Shown in pieces: positions 63,443-64,000 of a stretch of DNA of 64,000 nucleotides (the first letter of the stretch is position 1; the number at the start of each line of letters is the position of its first letter). The notes beneath the pieces are model-generated. The model searched no databases. It was given only the letters and a program-made list of their open reading frames with translations, and was not told where the DNA came from. This DNA comes from an uncultured Gemmatimonadales bacterium (lineage in GTDB: Bacteria; Gemmatimonadota; Gemmatimonadetes; Longimicrobiales; Gaopeijiaceae), in assembly GCA_963823035.1 (NCBI GenBank), contig CAWGKG010000004.1, positions 128,001 to 192,000 of the forward strand. The letters are read 5' to 3'. The position numbers and the translations under genes are program-made.

Positions 63443-64000
63443 TCATTCGCTGCCTCCCCCCGCACCGACCGGCGCCAGCGCGCTCCCCTCCCAGTCCGGG
63501 TCGGCGCCGCCCACCCAGGTCCGCGTCGCCGCGTCGAAGCGGATCGCCTGCACGCGCGAGAAGGAGCCGACGCCGGGGTTCTCGCGCACCTCGAGGCCGA
63601 GGGCGCGCATCTCCGCGACCTGGGCGGGCGTCCAGCCGCTGCCGGGCGTCGTCTCGGCTTCCAGGCGGGTGCCCGACATGTAGACCCGGGGCGCGGCCAG
63701 GGCGTCCGAGAGCGTCATGCCGTCGTCGATCACGCGGGAGATCACCTGGACCACGCCGGGCGGGATGCGTCCGCCTCCGGCCGCGCCCAGCGCAAGGAAC
63801 GGCACGCCGTCCTCGAGCACCATCACCGGGGAGATCGAGGAGCGGGCCCGCTCGCTCGGCTCGACGTGTCCGAGGTAGCCGCCCAGCGTCGAAGCGTAGA
63901 GGAATCCGAGCCCGGGCGTGACCACGGAGGAGCCCATGTTCGGGCCGAGCGTCTGCGTGAGCGCCACGAACATGCCGTTGCCGTCGGCGGCGGTCAGGTG
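63443..64000 (-). CDS. ggt: Gamma-glutamyltransferase, C-terminal part (5' end outside window)
   Basis: HLTAADGNG..ALTQTLG..GS, RARSSISP, LGAAGGGRI, GGADP..EG small-subunit motifs. Confidence 0.85.
   Translation of the reverse strand, partial: HLTAADGNGMFVALTQTLGPNMGSSVVTPGLGFLYASTLGGYLGHVEPSERARSSISPVMVLEDGVPFLALGAAGGGRIPPGVVQVISRVIDDGMTLSDALAAPRVYMSGTRLEAETTPGSGWTPAQVAEMRALGLEVRENPGVGSFSRVQAIRFDAATRTWVGGADPDWEGSALAPVGAGGGSE

Overview
Very GC-rich bacterial DNA. The gene repertoire (ADOP permease, BNR/VPS10 hydrolase, M16 pair, S9 peptidase, carboxypeptidase-domain TonB receptors, Tat-tagged VOC protein) suggests Gemmatimonadota; this is an inference. About 55 genes or gene remnants are recognisable. 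Many are split by single-base frameshifts, most likely long-read indel errors, so coordinates of joined genes are approximate. I saw no rRNA, tRNA, CRISPR array or transposase. Two accessory systems stand out. (1) 42.1-54.2 kb: a minus-strand operon with a Rbs-type sugar ABC transporter, an L-fucose/D-arabinose isomerase-like enzyme, two secreted DUF2961/GH172 hydrolases and a Tat-exported GH116. This combination points to D-arabinofuranoside (D-arabinan, actinobacterial cell-wall) utilisation. (2) 17.3-24.2 kb: a porin, a small periplasmic binding protein, a HAMP kinase and a sigma54 activator facing a four-gene operon with a sigma54-type promoter. That operon encodes a 4-His cytochrome b561-like membrane protein, a HemJ/CopD-like membrane protein and two Tat-exported Rieske proteins, and is a candidate undescribed envelope redox system. 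Two patches (2.7-4.1 kb and 36.8-42.1 kb) hold internally deleted or truncated gene remnants. All family calls come from motif recognition, not database searches.
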